Source: Anaerolineae bacterium (lineage in GTDB: Bacteria; Chloroflexota; Anaerolineae; JBHIDP01). Taken from it: 33,212 bases of DNA. The notes beneath the pieces are model-generated. The model did no database searches. It had not been told where the DNA came from and saw nothing but the letters and a program-made list of their open reading frames with translations. Made by a program: the position numbers and the translations under genes. Of the stretch, positions 33,136 through 33,212 are shown piece after piece; within the stretch, counting starts at the first letter, position 1; every line of letters begins with the position of its first letter. The stretch covers positions 1 through 33,212 of the forward strand of contig JBHIDP010000002.1 in assembly GCA_046760185.1 (NCBI GenBank). The letters run 5' to 3'.

Positions 33136-33212
33136 TCCACAGATTTTAGCCAGACTCTTTTCATTTTAACTGAGATATTGTATAATCGAAATCATGGATC
33201 AAGACCGTATCC

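Overview
The 33.2-kb window is mostly redox and energy-metabolism genes with their regulators, split by a decayed accessory segment. Gene content (DHH-CBS CCA enzyme, DPPR-type UbiA, NarL-type regulators) and frequent GGAGG ribosome-binding sites suggest a Chloroflexota-like anaerobe, but this is inference only. (1) 141-1878: a NarL-class histidine kinase and response regulator pair. (2) 2139-9823: a translationally coupled cluster of small membrane ORF, hdrC, hdrB, a giant 1479-aa hdrA fusion, mvhD, a 66-aa ORF and mvhG. The [NiFe] large-subunit gene mvhA stops after 20 codons. (3) 9.8-16.4 kb: a scar and accessory segment. It holds gene fragments (a UDG C-terminus and transposase-like pieces), dense repeats, an 845-aa secreted and anchored protein, and a secreted metzincin-like protease. 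(4) 16.5-19.3 kb: a second NarL-class kinase/regulator pair with a multi-TM, GAF-containing kinase. (5) 19.4-24.2 kb: a co-directional cluster of decahaem cytochrome c, a TAT-exported NrfC-like 4Fe-4S protein and an NrfD-like membrane protein. It is bracketed by three paralogous small single-pass proteins, two of which carry a conserved Cys-rich tail. (6) 24.7-27.0 kb: a convergent third kinase/regulator pair whose kinase has two CxxCH haem-c motifs in its outer loop. (7) 27.3-33.0 kb: housekeeping genes (DHH-CBS-CCA nucleotidyltransferase, UbiA/DPPR-type prenyltransferase, TlyA) and hypotheticals. Several intergenic regions carry long nested inverted repeats, and one dispersed repeat occurs twice. 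No rRNA, tRNA or CRISPR array was seen. The most interesting candidates are the small Cys-rich membrane protein family around the cytochrome/NrfCD module with its haem-c sensor kinase, and the NAD(P)H-module/double-HdrA fusion next to a hydrogenase that has lost its catalytic subunit.
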